A stretch of 64,000 nucleotides of DNA. It comes from Fidelibacterota bacterium (GTDB lineage Bacteria; Fidelibacterota; Marinisomatia; Marinisomatales; TCS55). The notes under the pieces were generated by a model. The model did not search any database. It was not told the DNA's origin and saw only the letters and a list, made by a program, of their open reading frames with translations. Positions 19,655 through 28,563 of this stretch are shown here, one piece after another. Position 1 is the first letter of the stretch; every line of letters starts with the position of its first letter. The stretch lies in contig JBJKZT010000013.1 of assembly GCA_045569055.1 (NCBI GenBank), positions 16,087 through 80,086 of the forward strand, given 5' to 3'. The translations under genes were made by a program, and so were the position numbers.

Positions 19655-21166
19655 TTATTCAACTTTTACAAAATCTCTTACTTCATTTAAAAATTTATCA
19701 AAAGATGGCTGATGGTTATACATCATGTGCCCACCTTCAAATTCAGTAAATTTTACTCTGCTTATATCAATACCATTTTCATGAATCGTATTAGTCATAG
19801 TAAAACAAGGAGTGGCTAAATCATATATTCCGCAAGCTACATAAACTTTAAAATCAATATTCTCTCTCATTGCTTTGCCAATATGAGGCGCAACATTTAC
19901 ATAGCGTGGCCACCCACTTTGAGTAGAAACCCAATCCCAGTTTTTTCCTAATTCACTATCACCACTTCTATAAAGTCTTTTAATATCAACTCCGATTTCT
20001 GATAGCCACGTATGAAGTCCAGCAACATAAGCAGCAGAAAAACCTTCAGCTGAAATATCTGTATCTGGTCTTTCACCTGCGACAATATAGTCCCTACCTT
20101 TATATCTTGAGTCAAGTCTTCCAACAGAAAAACCTTCAGCTCTTAATAATTCTTTTCTAAAGCTGCTTGCATTAACTCTTAGATTTGAATTCAAGACAAA
20201 TTCTTTTGAAAGTCCAGAGTAATATGCAATTCCTTCAGCAATTTTCTCTTTTTCTAATTTGGATATTCTTGATCCTTTGACTAAAGCTGGGGCAAGTTTA
20301 TTTATACTAAAGTCTTTTGACTCTTCATAAAATGACTCTAATGATTGATTTGTTTTGATCTTACCATGATAATAAGCTGTAACAGCATATGTCGGAAGAT
20401 ATCCAATATAGGGTGAGTTATTACCAGGAGTAAAACGGATATGTTGGAGATCTGTTGCAGGAGAGACTAAAATAATTCCATTAATCTCAATGTTAGTTAA
20501 GCTTCCATTGCGTAGTTCTTTTAACATTTGTGGTCCTCTTATGCCACCATAGCTTTCACCTAAAATGTACTTTGGAGAGTTCCATCGGTTATTATCTTGT
20601 AACCATCTACGTACAAATTGTGAAACACTTTCAGCGTCCTGTTTGACTCCCCAGAATTCTTTATTTTCATGATCGCCCATTGCAAGACTGTAACCAGTCC
20701 CTATGGGATCAATGCAAACTAGATCTGCTACATCAAGTGGTGATAATGCATTGTCTATCAATTTATAAGGTGGAGAACCATCATCAGTGGCATCTGATGG
20801 AACCTTTACAACTTTTGGACCCATTACACCTATATGTAACCATAAAGAAGCTGATCCAGGGCCACCATTAAAAATAAAAATCACAGGTCTATTGGGGTCA
20901 TTATTTAAAGAACGGTACTCTGTAACAAAAATAGATGCCATTGGCTTATTATAGTTATTTTTTTCATATAAAATTGTTTCATAATGGGAAGCTAAGTAAT
21001 TCATTCTTTTTCCATTAAAGGTGCCCTTCATCTGCTTACTAAATCTCACTGGTTCCTTTTTATTAATAATTATTTTTTCTTCATTTATTGTTTTTTCTTT
21101 TTCAACCTGTGAAAAAGCTGAAGAGATAACTAATAAGATTAATAGAATTTTTTCAATGATTTTTAT
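19655..21166 (-). CDS. S10-family serine carboxypeptidase; the start is probably non-canonical (see findings)
   Basis: Carries NGGPGSASLWLHIGVMGP and the nucleophile motif GESYGG. The track begins at GTG 21049. The in-frame upstream sequence encodes a signal peptide (KIIEKILLILLVISSAFSQ) that opens at ATA 21166..21164, 5 nt after AGGAG. Confidence 0.75.
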   Translation of the reverse strand: MKIIEKILLILLVISSAFSQVEKEKTINEEKIIINKKEPVRFSKQMKGTFNGKRMNYLASHYETILYEKNNYNKPMASIFVTEYRSLNNDPNRPVIFIFNGGPGSASLWLHIGVMGPKVVKVPSDATDDGSPPYKLIDNALSPLDVADLVCIDPIGTGYSLAMGDHENKEFWGVKQDAESVSQFVRRWLQDNNRWNSPKYILGESYGGIRGPQMLKELRNGSLTNIEINGIILVSPATDLQHIRFTPGNNSPYIGYLPTYAVTAYYHGKIKTNQSLESFYEESKDFSINKLAPALVKGSRISKLEKEKIAEGIAYYSGLSKEFVLNSNLRVNASSFRKELLRAEGFSVGRLDSRYKGRDYIVAGERPDTDISAEGFSAAYVAGLHTWLSEIGVDIKRLYRSGDSELGKNWDWVSTQSGWPRYVNVAPHIGKAMRENIDFKVYVACGIYDLATPCFTMTNTIHENGIDISRVKFTEFEGGHMMYNHQPSFDKFLNEVRDFVKVE

Positions 21167-21190
21167 TTTTACTCCTATTTTAACTATTCT

Positions 21191-21592
21191 TTACAAAGCA
21201 AATGTCAGTAAACCAATAATTGTTAGAACAAAATAATTTACTAGAACTGCTGCACCTTCGTAATCTTTTGCATATCTTTGGCCAAAAAACAAAGCAGTGA
21301 GATTTATACCTATAAGTATTAACCCGGATAATATTAAGCTAGTATCATTATTAAAAAGACCAAATAAAGATCCAATTAAGCATAATACTCCGCTTAATAT
21401 TTCTAAAATTAAAACTATCAACAGCATTGGCATTACAAAGGACTTCAAAAATGTTTTTGAAAAATGATCTTGAAGCCATTGGTAATTACCTTTCCAATCT
21501 AATATTTTATCTGTTCCTGATTGAAACATGCATATGCCAAGAAATAAACCAATTAAAATTTGACAAATTTGTACGATGCTTAAATATCCCAT
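21191..21592 (-). CDS. DoxX-like small membrane protein (tentative)
   Basis: 133 aa with four hydrophobic helices and an N-terminal ...QSGTDKILDW segment like DoxX. Weak call. Confidence 0.35.
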   Translation of the reverse strand: MGYLSIVQICQILIGLFLGICMFQSGTDKILDWKGNYQWLQDHFSKTFLKSFVMPMLLIVLILEILSGVLCLIGSLFGLFNNDTSLILSGLILIGINLTALFFGQRYAKDYEGAAVLVNYFVLTIIGLLTFAL

Positions 21593-21601
21593 ATATTTTA
21601 G

Positions 21602-23182
21602 CTATTTCTTCTTAATCGTTGGATATTTTATACCAAGTTGATCAAGGTACGTATCATACTTGCTTGGATCGTAATAGTATTTCTTCATTTCAGCTCTATA
21701 GGTACGCATAATTTCCTCATTTAACTCTATGGCAGGTTTATCTGTTTTACCCATCATAGGCTTATATTTGGTTTCTTTTGTCTGATTTTTGAAATATTTT
21801 TTTGCATCCTTTACCAAACTCTTATCAGTAAACAAGTCAACTAAGGTCATTGCTGTAACTTTAGCGCCTGCGACAGCACCTTTATGAGCTAAAGGTGTAG
21901 CCATTGATATTCCATTAAGCCAGTTATGTCCTGGCAAGCCTGGAATATTTGATGGAAACCGTAGAGTAACAGTTGGAACCGCCCAACTGATATCACCAAT
22001 ATCATCTGAACCTCCACCCCAATTATTTCTAGTGGACACAGGGCCTCTCAAAGTATCTAATTTTGTTGCCAAACCTTTTATTTCTTTATTGCCAGCTTCT
22101 TTTTGAACTGCTTTAGCTAAAGCTTGATCATTTTTATCCCATTTAGGAAGACCAACTTTCTTAATATTTGAATACATGGCACGTGCGATAGGTTCATTAA
22201 AATGTCTTGGCCATGCAGAGCCTAATATCCTTGTTGATATAAGTTTAGTATCCGTCATTTTTGCTGCACCTTCAGCAATATCATTAGAATAATCAAAAAG
22301 TTCCATTATGTGCTCATAGTCAAGTTCACGAAGATAATACCAAACCGTAGCATTTCTTGGTACTACATTTGGTTGATCACCCCCATCTGTTATAATATAA
22401 TGAATTCTATTGGGTGGACGAAGATGCTCTCTTTTAAAATTCCAACCTATATTCATTAATTCAACAGCATCTAGAGCACTTTTGCCGCGCCATGGTGATC
22501 CGGCAGAATGAGCTGTTTTACCTTGAAAAGTGTATTCAACGGATAGCAAACCATTTCCACCAGCTTGTCCATGAGTAACAGATAAATTACTACTCACGTG
22601 AGTAAAAATACAGGCATCTACATCTTTAAAATAACCATCTCTAACAAAATAAGCCTTAGTAGCAACTAATTCTTCAGCAACTCCTGGCCATATTTTAAGT
22701 GTTCCTTTCATTTTTTCTTTAATCATAATATCCTTCATTGCAATTGCCGCTGCAATAATAACAGCCTGTCCGGAGTTATGACCTTCTCCATGTCCAGGAG
22801 CACCTTCAATCATTGGTTTATGGTATGCTACGCCAGGTGTTTGGGATGCTTTAGGTATCCCATCAAGATCAGAACCTAGAGCAATAACAGGCTTACCTTT
22901 ACCCCATTCAGCTATCCAAGCAGTTGGAATACCTGAAATTCCTTTAGTGACCGTAAAACCATTCTCTTCTAAAATTTCAATTAAATATTTAGAGGTTTCT
23001 ATCTCTTGAAAACCTAGTTCTCCAAAACTATAGATCATATCGACCATTTCTTGAACAAGTTTTGACTGTGATTCTACTTTATTAATAGCCATCTCTTTTA
23101 ATTTATCTGAAGATTGATTCTGGGCAAATGAAAATGGTATTATCAATAAATAGATAAGTGATTTAATATTTTTTTTATTCAT
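21602..23182 (-). CDS. M20-family amidohydrolase (AbgB-like), exported
   Basis: 526 aa with a signal peptide. Carries APGHGEGHNSGQA and ALGSDLDG motifs typical of aminobenzoyl-glutamate-utilisation B-like M20 enzymes. Confidence 0.7.
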   Translation of the reverse strand: MNKKNIKSLIYLLIIPFSFAQNQSSDKLKEMAINKVESQSKLVQEMVDMIYSFGELGFQEIETSKYLIEILEENGFTVTKGISGIPTAWIAEWGKGKPVIALGSDLDGIPKASQTPGVAYHKPMIEGAPGHGEGHNSGQAVIIAAAIAMKDIMIKEKMKGTLKIWPGVAEELVATKAYFVRDGYFKDVDACIFTHVSSNLSVTHGQAGGNGLLSVEYTFQGKTAHSAGSPWRGKSALDAVELMNIGWNFKREHLRPPNRIHYIITDGGDQPNVVPRNATVWYYLRELDYEHIMELFDYSNDIAEGAAKMTDTKLISTRILGSAWPRHFNEPIARAMYSNIKKVGLPKWDKNDQALAKAVQKEAGNKEIKGLATKLDTLRGPVSTRNNWGGGSDDIGDISWAVPTVTLRFPSNIPGLPGHNWLNGISMATPLAHKGAVAGAKVTAMTLVDLFTDKSLVKDAKKYFKNQTKETKYKPMMGKTDKPAIELNEEIMRTYRAEMKKYYYDPSKYDTYLDQLGIKYPTIKKK

Positions 23183-23281
23183 AACTAAAATATCCTCTCA
23201 TTATGTAATAGACCTCGCTGTAAGTTAATATTCGTAACACCATAGTTACTTTATCAAACTTTTTATATATTTAATAATATT

Positions 23282-24331
23282 ATGGAGTGGTTAAAAGATA
23301 ATTATGCAATATTGATCGCCAATGATCTTGCGAGAAGTTTTCTCATTATTATTGGTTCTATTATCATTGCTAAGATAACTGATTTAATATTTTCAGGATT
23401 TTTCAAAAGAATTTCTTCGCGAACTGATACAAAATTAGATGATGATATTGTTGATCTTTTTCATCGTCCAATTTTCTATTCAATCCTTTTTATTGGGTTT
23501 TCTATGGCAGTAAAAACTGCTTCATTGCCTGATTATATTGATTTTGCTTTAGTTGGAATATTTAAGACCGCTACAATAATCATCTGGTTATTTTTAATTT
23601 CTAGAGTATTTATTATTTCTATGAATTGGGCTTCAGAGCAAGCTGAAAATCCACTGCTTCAACATAAAACTTTACCTCTATTTAATAATTTAGGGAAGAT
23701 TGCAATTGGCTTATTTGGAATTTATTTTATTTTTCTTAGTTGGAACATAAATATTAATGGAATTTTAGCATCGGCTGGTGTTTTAGGTGTTGTTTTAGGT
23801 TTAGCTGCAAAAGATACCGTGGCTAACTTTTTTGCTGGAATTTTCTTAATGGCAGATTCCCCATTTAAAGAAGGCGATTATATTTTGTTAGACACTGGTG
23901 AACGTGGCTATGTAAAGAGTATGGGGTTACGTTCTACCCGATTCATGACTCGTGATGATATAGAGATAACTATTCCAAACTCAGTTATTGCATCTTCAAA
24001 AATTGTAAATGAAAGTGGTGGCCCAGAAGATATTGAAAGAGTACGAATTTCTTTAATTATTGCTTATGGATCAGATATTGATGAAGTCAAATCGTTGCTG
24101 AAAGATATTGCACTTAAAAATAAAAATGTTCAGAATGAGCCTGAGCCAAGAGTTCGCTTTAGAGAATTTGCTGAATCAGGACTCAAACTTCAGCTTCTTT
24201 TCTGGATTTATAAACCTGAGATTCGCGGCAAAACAGTAGACCGGGTGAATACGGAGATCTATAAACAATTTGCATTAAATAATATATCTATACCTTACCC
24301 CACAATGAAAGTATTGATGCCAGAAAAATAA
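23282..24331 (+). CDS. MscS-family mechanosensitive channel
   Basis: Pore helix and beta-domain signature GVLGVVLGLAAKDTVANFFAGIFLMADSPFKEGDYI, with three or four N-terminal TM helices. Confidence 0.85.
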   Translation: MEWLKDNYAILIANDLARSFLIIIGSIIIAKITDLIFSGFFKRISSRTDTKLDDDIVDLFHRPIFYSILFIGFSMAVKTASLPDYIDFALVGIFKTATIIIWLFLISRVFIISMNWASEQAENPLLQHKTLPLFNNLGKIAIGLFGIYFIFLSWNININGILASAGVLGVVLGLAAKDTVANFFAGIFLMADSPFKEGDYILLDTGERGYVKSMGLRSTRFMTRDDIEITIPNSVIASSKIVNESGGPEDIERVRISLIIAYGSDIDEVKSLLKDIALKNKNVQNEPEPRVRFREFAESGLKLQLLFWIYKPEIRGKTVDRVNTEIYKQFALNNISIPYPTMKVLMPEK

Positions 24332-24335
24332 TTCT

Positions 24336-24854
24336 TTACATTTCTTTTTCCGCAAGCTTTGCCTTAAGAGGAAATGTTCCTAGTGAAGTTTCAATATAAT
24401 AAGTTCCATCTACACGATATTTTGCTTTCTTCTTAATAATTGAATTAAAAATAGCTTTACCCATTACACTTAATTTCAAATCTGCTTTTTCTTCAAATGA
24501 AAAATCTCCATTTTTAGGAATAATTATTTTCTTATCATTGTAAAACTTACTGGCATGTTTTCCATCAATGAATAAATCAAATTCCACACGATTTAAAGAA
24601 ACACCTATCCTATTTGGATTATTTCCAGAAAAGACTACATCTAAACCAACTTTATTAACTGACTTTAATGGATTATAACGAATTTTTTTTATATTATGAT
24701 CAAGAGTGAGTGGCTTTACCTCTTTATCAACTACTTTTTTAACCTCTTTTGTAACTTTAGACTTTAAAGATTTAAGACTTTTTAATTGAGATCTTAATGG
24801 ATTTACAAAAACTGATAGTGAAAAATATATAATTAAAAATAAAATTTTTAACAT
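24336..24854 (-). CDS. Hypothetical secreted protein, LEA-2/WHy-like (tentative)
   Basis: 172 aa with a signal peptide, a Lys-rich linker, and a beta-sandwich-like region (VEFDLFIDGKHASKF...YRVDGTYYIET). Confidence 0.3.
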   Translation of the reverse strand: MLKILFLIIYFSLSVFVNPLRSQLKSLKSLKSKVTKEVKKVVDKEVKPLTLDHNIKKIRYNPLKSVNKVGLDVVFSGNNPNRIGVSLNRVEFDLFIDGKHASKFYNDKKIIIPKNGDFSFEEKADLKLSVMGKAIFNSIIKKKAKYRVDGTYYIETSLGTFPLKAKLAEKEM

Positions 24855-24870
24855 TTATAGCCCCTTAATT

Positions 24871-27189
24871 TTACTTGAAAAGATAACTAACTTTTAAAAA
24901 ATACCCATCTGACTGTCTATCAATAGATTGAAATCTAAACCTACTTGGTTCTGATAAAACTGAACCATATCCAAAAAATAGTAATGTTCCAGGAGTTGGA
25001 CGATAAGAGAAAAGGAAATCAGCTTGAATATCGTTACTCTCAACTGGTACAGATAAGTTAAAATCACCATCTTCGTTCTTAAAATAAATTGGTAATTCTG
25101 TACGAGAGTTATCTCTTAATGAATCTCTATATCTTGAAGTGTACTGAACAACGCCTCGTAAAAATATTGATGGAGTTATTTGATATTCAATTTTAATTCT
25201 TGGAGTCCGACTCTCAGATACTAAAGACTTATCAAATGCTCTATAATTTTTCTGTTGATTATATCTCAAAAACATTCGGATTTGATCAGTAGGGTTCCAT
25301 CTTATCTTTGATTCTATAAGATAAATATCACCTGGTGCCCACTCGTCATAATTAGGATCTCTTCCAAAGCCATATTTAAGACTAGCCGAAAAACTTTCTA
25401 ATTGAGGAGTCGTTAGTTCAAACATGGCTCCAAGGTTAAAAAGTTCTTTTGTACCTATATAAGGAGCAAATTCATTATTTGACTTTATATAATAATTTGT
25501 ATAAAACTTTTCTGGATAACCAAAATATTCAATCCAAGTAAAATTGGTAAATCGCCATCCACCTTTAAATTGCATTGAAAATGAAGGATACATCCTTCTA
25601 TCATCAGGCTTATCATTTGCAATAAAGCCATCATAATTCCAATTGCCAGTTAATCGATAAGATATTGATAGTTGTTCAAGAAAAGCATCCTTTTTACCAT
25701 AAAAACGTCGAGTTGGTCCGGCTGAAATAGTTACGTAATCTCCTCGCTGAATAAAACCAACTGCTGGATTAAAGTTGCTATGATAACCAGTGGTTGAAAA
25801 TGAGCTTGACCATTTTCGACCAGAAGCATTTGCTGCAATATTCCACATAGGTGCAATTTCAGCACTTTCTAAATTACTATTAGTAACACTAAAGCCACTT
25901 TGTGCACGAAATGAGTATTTATCATTTTTGATAAATTTACCATCAGCCGCTATGACTCGATTTGATAAATCATTATGCATACGATCAGTATAAACAAGCC
26001 CGATATGATTTTGATCTGAAAGATCACGTTTTAATCGAATTACATTAACGTAAGCGGCATCAAGGTTAGATATAGAAGGACCTTTATTATCTACTGCCGA
26101 AATATAACCAACTGTTGTATTGCCAATTTTTCCTGCTATTTTAGCAGCGGCTGTAGGGTTAGAAATTTTTCGAGTATATATTAATCGAGTAGGTGTACTA
26201 AATAGTTCAATTCCATCCAAAAAGAATGGCCTTTTTTCAGGGAAATATAATGACCTTCTAGGATCATAGTTAATTTGAGCAACATCAGCTTCAATTTGTG
26301 AAAAATCAGGATTAATTGTCCCGTTTAAAATGATATTTGATGATAAGCCATAACGTAGATTAACTCCTAGTAAATCATTTGAAGCTGTAGTGTACTTATC
26401 TGTTGATGGGCCTCGTTGTAATGAAGATCGAAGTTCTGGGTTAATTTCAAATATCTTTTCATGCTCAATACCACTTATATTGATAAGCTTTCCACTTTGC
26501 GCAAGAAAAGAAGCAACATCTAATTTCACATTGAATAAAGTTGATCTGTATCCAGAATGTTGCACTCGTCTTAAAACATTAAAACCCCAATTTTGAACAT
26601 CTGACTTTTTATACCTTAAACTTTTAAATGGTATTTCAACCTCTACTACAAATCCTCTATCAGTCAACCTACCTTTAGATGTAAAAGCATAATCAGGATT
26701 ATCATCAAAATTAAATGTTAAAGTAGAGTTTCTACTTGATGTTTTGTCTGTAATAATTCCATCAGCTTGTTGTCCTAGTGGATTAACTGCAAATGCAAAA
26801 GCAGATCTTTGATCATCATATGTATCGAGAAATAAAATTATATAATCATCATTGTCTAAATTATCTCTATCTGCTAATGTAGAACGCACTTCATCATGAA
26901 TTTCCCAAGCTGTTATGCCTATATATAATGCTTTAGAAGTGTACCAAACTTTAAGATGAGTATCATCTTCGGCTGGACGACCATCCACAGGAAGATAACT
27001 AGTAAAGTTTGATAAAAATAAGGATTTTGACCAAGGTTCTTCATCTAAATATCCATCGACTTTTATATTCTCTTCATCTATAAAAGGAGGTATGAACTCA
27101 ATGGATTTATTAGAACTTTCTGTTTGTGCTAAAAGACAAATTGGTAAAAATAGAAATAATGAACGTATTTTTGATAGATTAAGATTCAA
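24871..27189 (-). CDS. Large outer-membrane-type protein, CBM9-like N-terminus plus DUF5916-like barrel (tentative)
   Basis: 772 aa with a TTG start and a signal peptide. The N-terminal VDGYLDEEPWSKS motif resembles family-9 carbohydrate-binding modules. The long C-terminal region is beta-strand-rich. Confidence 0.5.
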   Translation of the reverse strand: MNLNLSKIRSLFLFLPICLLAQTESSNKSIEFIPPFIDEENIKVDGYLDEEPWSKSLFLSNFTSYLPVDGRPAEDDTHLKVWYTSKALYIGITAWEIHDEVRSTLADRDNLDNDDYIILFLDTYDDQRSAFAFAVNPLGQQADGIITDKTSSRNSTLTFNFDDNPDYAFTSKGRLTDRGFVVEVEIPFKSLRYKKSDVQNWGFNVLRRVQHSGYRSTLFNVKLDVASFLAQSGKLINISGIEHEKIFEINPELRSSLQRGPSTDKYTTASNDLLGVNLRYGLSSNIILNGTINPDFSQIEADVAQINYDPRRSLYFPEKRPFFLDGIELFSTPTRLIYTRKISNPTAAAKIAGKIGNTTVGYISAVDNKGPSISNLDAAYVNVIRLKRDLSDQNHIGLVYTDRMHNDLSNRVIAADGKFIKNDKYSFRAQSGFSVTNSNLESAEIAPMWNIAANASGRKWSSSFSTTGYHSNFNPAVGFIQRGDYVTISAGPTRRFYGKKDAFLEQLSISYRLTGNWNYDGFIANDKPDDRRMYPSFSMQFKGGWRFTNFTWIEYFGYPEKFYTNYYIKSNNEFAPYIGTKELFNLGAMFELTTPQLESFSASLKYGFGRDPNYDEWAPGDIYLIESKIRWNPTDQIRMFLRYNQQKNYRAFDKSLVSESRTPRIKIEYQITPSIFLRGVVQYTSRYRDSLRDNSRTELPIYFKNEDGDFNLSVPVESNDIQADFLFSYRPTPGTLLFFGYGSVLSEPSRFRFQSIDRQSDGYFLKVSYLFK

Positions 27190-27226
27190 ATAATTAACTC
27201 ATATTAATGATACTAACATAAACACA

Positions 27227-27250
27227 AAGGCCTCCAACAAGGAGGCCTTT
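27227..27250 (-). terminator. Intrinsic terminator candidate downstream of 27277..28113
   Basis: AAAGGCCTCC-aacaa-GGAGGCCTTT, a perfect 9-10-bp stem. The U-tract on the minus strand is only partial. Confidence 0.5.
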
Positions 27251-27276
27251 AAGTTTACAAATTTAAATTAAAAAAT

Positions 27277-28113
27277 TTATTTATTTGTATAAGATTGATT
27301 CCAAAATAGTCCAATATCTTCATGTGAAGCAGGAGCCCAATATTTTCCGTAAGCTTCTTTATCTTCATCTGACTTAAAAACTTCATTAAACATTTTAGGT
27401 TCAGTTTCTAAATCATCAGCATCTTGCATTGAAGCAAATTCAGTAATCAATGTTATTGGATAATAACCATTTGATAAAGAACCAGACCAAAGATGTGTAA
27501 CCCAACGCTGACTTAATATTTTATCATTTTTCATTGTGATATTTTTAAAATATTTTTTCATCATCTTTTCACGTTCTTCAGAAGAACCTCCTTCAACTTT
27601 GGATAAAGGTTTCCAATATGTTGTTGTTACAGCAACCACTGTATTTGGGTTATCTTTTGATTTCTTCTTCTTTTTTTCAAGTTTTACATGATTCTCAAAG
27701 AGATGGAGATCTTCATGATAGCTTTGAAAATACTTTCCATTAGCAGTTAAAGCAGCCATTCTATCTTCTTCTTTTGGCCAAACCTTTTTATTTAAGGCAG
27801 CTGCATCACCTGAGTAAGTAGTTGCATCTTCCATATCTTTAAACTCATTAATAAAATGAACATCGGTTACTGCACCCGTCCAATAATGTGTTAAAAATAA
27901 AGAACTACGTAATTCTTTAGCTTTTGCATTTCTACCTTTGTGATAAGCTTCAATTGACTCACGGCGATCTTTTCCTGACCCGTCTTCAACTTCTGACATA
28001 GGTTTAAATTTGTACTTTGACCAAGCAATTACTGTATTACCTTTAGTGTATTGTGCAAACACACTTCCAATCATTAAAGTAACTACTAATAGTCTTTTTA
28101 TTGTATTTCTCAA
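27277..28113 (-). CDS. Hypothetical secreted protein built from two homologous ~130-aa halves
   Basis: TTG start 5 nt after AGGAGG, with signal MRNTIKRLLVVTLMIGSVFAQ. The two halves share NTV.A...KP.S.VE.GS...TH.W.G...EF..M.DA...HED..LF.N. Confidence 0.45.
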   Translation of the reverse strand: MRNTIKRLLVVTLMIGSVFAQYTKGNTVIAWSKYKFKPMSEVEDGSGKDRRESIEAYHKGRNAKAKELRSSLFLTHYWTGAVTDVHFINEFKDMEDATTYSGDAAALNKKVWPKEEDRMAALTANGKYFQSYHEDLHLFENHVKLEKKKKKSKDNPNTVVAVTTTYWKPLSKVEGGSSEEREKMMKKYFKNITMKNDKILSQRWVTHLWSGSLSNGYYPITLITEFASMQDADDLETEPKMFNEVFKSDEDKEAYGKYWAPASHEDIGLFWNQSYTNK

Positions 28114-28146
28114 AATGCCCTCCTATTTTGATTAATGTTTTATTTA

Positions 28147-28512
28147 CTATTTTTTACTTTGTGTAAAAAATAACGCAGCTAGAACAATTGTCGCTACCAT
28201 ATTCCCATATGCAGTTGGACCAGCTATTTGTCCTGATAATATATGATATCCAATCAGAAGAACAAACAAACTATTTACAATACCAAAAACTTGACCATAT
28301 GCAGATAGAGAGTCACCTGCGATATCTAAAGATCTCCAAGCAATGACCCCAAATCCCAAAAGAGCCGTCCCCATAGCTTGACTTAAGGTAATTAGAGAAT
28401 CAGTGACTGTAAATCCTGCCATCTCTAAAAATGTATTTGAAAATAATCCAAAACCTAATGCATTGATAAGCTGAACAACTGCAAATATTCTAAAAACTAA
28501 TTTTAAACTCAT
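28147..28512 (-). CDS. Hypothetical small membrane protein (4 TM)
   Basis: 121-aa hydrophobic ORF with no motif I recognise. Confidence 0.4.
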   Translation of the reverse strand: MSLKLVFRIFAVVQLINALGFGLFSNTFLEMAGFTVTDSLITLSQAMGTALLGFGVIAWRSLDIAGDSLSAYGQVFGIVNSLFVLLIGYHILSGQIAGPTAYGNMVATIVLAALFFTQSKK

Positions 28513-28563
28513 GATTATCCTTATTTTATGTTAATTAATTATATGATAGACTTTATTAATAAA

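Noticed and set aside
21021-21236. 71-aa + strand ORF between the S10 peptidase and the DoxX-like gene
   Set aside because: It is antisense to the stretch that encodes the S10 signal peptide. The minus-strand reading gives a far more convincing product.
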